A stretch of 62,679 nucleotides of DNA, filler included. It is 7 parts of 7 records of this genome, joined end to end, with 100 filler letters (N's around TTAATTAATTAA, not from the genome) between each part and the next. Parts side by side here need not be neighbours in the genome. Positions count along the whole stretch, not along the records: positions 57,421 to 62,679 come from DRR723986_19162; 6 more parts are not named here. One strand, given 5' to 3'. How positions within the stretch are numbered: the stretch's first letter is position 1; the number at the start of each line of letters is the position of its first letter. Below, piece after piece: positions 60,011 to 62,679 of this stretch. A program made the translations under genes and the position numbers. The notes below the pieces were generated by a model, which did no database searches, was not told the DNA's origin, and saw nothing but the letters and a program-made list of their open reading frames with translations.

Positions 60011-60112
60011 TACAAATGTAGCCCCTGGAGGGGGGCCAAATCAATACCAAAACATGCCTTGCAGTAACAGTCAATTTGGGCTTACGCTGTGAATATTTTT
60101 AAGAATTGCCTT

Positions 60113-60694
60113 TCAGATATCGAACAATATTTGCGCCAAAAAGCGGCCATTTGGGTCTTTTTCAATTCTAAGACCGTGATATGTTACAGCTTTAATATCA
60201 ATTTCAAACGCCGTAGCGGTAACATATCCGCATGCAAAACCTTGCATTTTCTTGCTGTTCAGTAACTCAATTTCGAGTGTTTCAAAGGCGATTCCCTCCA
60301 AACTGGACTCCAAATTGATACGATTGAGCATATCGACCAGCAAAACATCAGCATCCGGTGCTTCCAGATCCAGGCGCAACCGGATTTTTTTGTGTTCTTT
60401 CTCAACATCTGTGTCGGCTAAGCCTTCAGTCTCGCGATCCTCAGCCGGCAGAATCAGTGAAGTCATGCCGCTAAGGGCATTGCGGAACAATTGCTCCAGG
60501 CTTTCAGCCTGCACCTCAATCGCCAGGTCGGCAACGTGATCAACGATGCGGAATGTCGCCGGCACCGGGTTTGGCACTTCGCCTGACCTGCCGTCCGCTG
60601 CGGAATTCAGAATGTGTTCTGCGTTTTGTTTCGGTTCAGCTTGTTTGGATTGCTCACGTCGGTCTGCGCGCGCTTGCTCCTCTGATGCACTCAT
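60113..60694 (-). CDS. Archease
   Basis: DHVADL, IKAVTYH, C-terminal FDI; about 45-aa low-complexity N-terminal extension, so start may be later. Confidence 0.9.
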   Translation of the reverse strand: MSASEEQARADRREQSKQAEPKQNAEHILNSAADGRSGEVPNPVPATFRIVDHVADLAIEVQAESLEQLFRNALSGMTSLILPAEDRETEGLADTDVEKEHKKIRLRLDLEAPDADVLLVDMLNRINLESSLEGIAFETLEIELLNSKKMQGFACGYVTATAFEIDIKAVTYHGLRIEKDPNGRFLAQILFDI

Positions 60695-60834
60695 AGGTCT
60701 GCCATCTGGTCGACTAAAAAAAGTACAAGCTACGGGAAAGTAGGAATACCAGACACACTTACTCTATTTTGACTGGCTGATGGTGGAACAGCGTATCAAG
60801 GCCTTGAGTGATCAAACAAATATCGATTTTACAC

Positions 60835-60938
60835 AAAAAAAATAGCCGAGAATCGGAAGAGGCGGCTTTCACCATACCCTCGATGCGCGCCACCCATAGA
60901 TTATTTCTATGTGTTTTGCCCCTTCCGACCTCGACTGT
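60835..60938 (-). terminator. Long stem with large loop and U-tract upstream of archease
   Basis: AGCCGAGAATCGGAAGAGGC pairs with GCCCCTTCCGACCTCGACT; A8 run on the left on plus strand. Confidence 0.45.
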
Positions 60939-61246
60939 GCCCGCTTTTTTGATCGGGGCGCCGATCGAATCTTACTTACCCAAACTATTGTGGCTCAAAG
61001 ACTTAGAGCTTTGTTATTTCTGGCTGACTGCCATACTCTTGTCTGTTGGTCCTTCTGGAACTTCACTCTGCTCTACTGTTGCACAGCTGTTGTTATGGGC
61101 TGCAAGCTTACTTGCTATTGAGTTTAGTGTCCGCTTGAGCCCGTATAACATGTTCCTGTATTGTTTGGACGCATTCAGAACACAGAGATAATCTCTTGGT
61201 TACAAAAACTTCGTGCCTTCCTGCACTTTTTTCTGAAAAAACTTTT

Positions 61247-61272
61247 TGCAACATATCCTCAGCTTACCCGTT
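61247..61272 (+). promoter_or_regulatory. Candidate ECF-type promoter for sdpRI
   Basis: TGCAAC-N16-CGTT. Confidence 0.5.
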
Positions 61273-61284
61273 AGGTAGCGCATG

Positions 61285-61304
61285 ATTTAGATAATTATCT
61301 AAAT
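61285..61304. promoter_or_regulatory. ArsR/SdpR operator
   Basis: Perfect 20-bp palindrome ATTTAGATAATTATCTAAAT just upstream of the repressor gene. Confidence 0.8.
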
Positions 61305-61322
61305 ATCTAATGTTGGACGACG

Positions 61323-61634
61323 ATGGAATTCAGCCGAAAACAAGCTCCCAAACAGTCCGTGAACAGCCTTTTTAAGGCTCTTGACGACCCAACGCGACGC
61401 GCAATTCTGGAGATGTTACGCGAACGCGACATGACGGCCGGCGAAATTGCCGCAGCCTTCGATATCAGCAAACCGAGCATCTCCTACCACTTGGACCTTC
61501 TAAAACGCGCGGAACTGGCACTGGCCATCAAAAAAGGCCAGTTCGTTTATTATTCCCTTAACACAACCGTGCTGGACGAAACCATTAAATGGATGTTAAA
61601 CCTACGCGATAACTCCAGGGACAAACAATCATGA
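61323..61634 (+). CDS. sdpR: ArsR family autorepressor SdpR (start may be GTG 61359)
   Basis: FKALDDPTRRAIL, MTAGEIA..FDISKPSIS.HL, YSLNTTV; ATGA overlap with sdpI-like gene. Confidence 0.88.
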   Translation: MEFSRKQAPKQSVNSLFKALDDPTRRAILEMLRERDMTAGEIAAAFDISKPSISYHLDLLKRAELALAIKKGQFVYYSLNTTVLDETIKWMLNLRDNSRDKQS

Positions 61635-62365
61635 ACATCCCAGAACGCATTTCTCACGACGAGCCGGAACAGCCCCAACGCTCTTTTATGCGCCGCGAAT
61701 GGCTGCAATTTGTGTTACTTTTACTCCCCTTTAGCATCATTCCGTTTGTATGGAATGACCTGCCCGATCAGATGCCGATCCACTGGAATATGGCCGGTGA
61801 AGTTGATGGATATGGCAGCCGCCTCTTCGGAACTTTTGGTGTGCCAGTGTTTAACATGTTTATTATCGGTTTTCTGTTTATCCTGCCCTTTATCGATCCA
61901 CGCCGCGAAAATTATAAACAGTTTGAGTCCACCCTGCGCGTAGTGCGCCTGGCAACAACCTGTTTAATGCTTGTTGTTTTTGCAATGATTATTGCAGCCG
62001 GCCTTGGCTACGAACTCGCAACCGAACGGATCATAATCACAAGTGTGATCATGTTATTCCTTGTACTCGGCAATATGATCGGGCGCGTACGCTCAAACTA
62101 CTTTGTAGGGATTCGCACACCCTGGACACTGGAAAATCAACTCGTATGGCGCAAAACACATCGCATGGCGGCTACACTATGGGTGGCGGCGTCGCTGCTG
62201 GCCCTGCCCATTCCATTCTTCTTTGAAGGCACGGTCCTCTTTAGTCTCTTCGTGACGTACACGTTGTTAATAACGGTTGTCCCAATCGTCTACTCTTTTA
62301 TTCTGTTTAAGCGCCTGGACTCGCCAGATCAACACGGCAGCTCGGGAGTTGGACAAGCGAGTTAA
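61631..62365 (+). CDS. sdpI: SdpI family immunity membrane protein (DUF1648 + SdpI)
   Basis: LPDQMPIHWNMAGEVDG, IDP, NYFVGIRTPWTL..VWRKTHR. Confidence 0.9.
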   Translation: MNIPERISHDEPEQPQRSFMRREWLQFVLLLLPFSIIPFVWNDLPDQMPIHWNMAGEVDGYGSRLFGTFGVPVFNMFIIGFLFILPFIDPRRENYKQFESTLRVVRLATTCLMLVVFAMIIAAGLGYELATERIIITSVIMLFLVLGNMIGRVRSNYFVGIRTPWTLENQLVWRKTHRMAATLWVAASLLALPIPFFFEGTVLFSLFVTYTLLITVVPIVYSFILFKRLDSPDQHGSSGVGQAS

Positions 62366-62396
62366 CAGTTCAGGCTATTACTTTATCACACAAATT

Positions 62397-62438
62397 AGAA
62401 TGGGTGGGACTTTCGGTTCCGCCCATTCTTTTTTTTTT
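62397..62438 (+). terminator. Intrinsic terminator of sdpRI
   Basis: AGAATGGGTGGGAC-tttcg-GTTCCGCCCATTCT followed by a long T run. Confidence 0.9.
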
Positions 62439-62650
62439 GCACAATCGCCTGATCTGCGATTTACTGCCGGCAAGTTAAGATCGCCGCGCCTGTTAAAGCC
62501 TGGCGGCATTACCACGCTAGCTTTTTCTTTTTGTTAGTCTCCGCACCCACAGCCGCAAGACTCTGATGTTTGGAGTCCCAGTCCGTTGAATTGCTAGAGA
62601 ACAGCATAACAACCTGAGGCTTTCAGCTATTTATTTTTCAACAAAAATTA

Positions 62651-62679
62651 CAGGGTCGAGCCCTAAGGGCTCGACCCTG
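62651..62679. repeat. Perfect inverted repeat at window end
   Basis: CAGGGTCGAGCCC-taa-GGGCTCGACCCTG; A-rich left flank. Confidence 0.6.

Noticed and set aside
60808-61191. 127-aa plus-strand ORF, and short ORFs at 57571-58148
   Set aside because: No recognisable motifs, weak starts, and overlap with stem-loop elements.

Overview
The window is not one locus. It is seven contigs joined by six artificial 100-nt linkers (N-run, TTAATTAATTAA, N-run), so neighbourhoods only hold within a contig; taxonomic labels are inferred from gene content and style. Contig 1 (1-7237, Rhodobacteraceae-like): XRE regulator, desaturase, DMT/AEC transporters, NUDIX, an EF-hand/ECF sigma/anti-sigma module and REP-like palindromes. 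Contig 2 (7338-15076, Rhodobacteraceae-like): cysG/sulfite reductase, Lrp regulator, Hsp70-like protein, a small Cys-rich protein behind a perfect FNR box, OsmC-hydrolase and the 3' end of dddP. Contig 3 (15177-24439, Marinobacter-like): tRNA-Pro 3' end, two MFS genes, putA/putR, glycerate kinase, Crp/Fnr plus DUF2892. Contig 4 (24540-38299, AT-richer alphaproteobacterial island): decayed IS6, MarR-TRAP-hydrolase module, PHO-box phosphodiester uptake operon, and a tRNA-fMet 3' end with integrase arm-like repeats. Contig 5 (38400-51482, Roseibium/Rhodobacterales-like): hoxFUYH NAD-linked [NiFe]-hydrogenase, hypF, BlaI/M56 pair and a glp-type ABC transporter. Contig 6 (51583-57320): core hemH-comF-grxC-ubiG-pip region ending in a probable rimP leader. 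Contig 7 (57421-62679, possibly FCB group): archease and rtcB separated and flanked by long, structured non-coding segments, plus sdpRI. The best candidate for something undescribed is the archease-[~200-nt structured RNA]-rtcB arrangement in contig 7. All RNA structures were found by eye and need computational confirmation.
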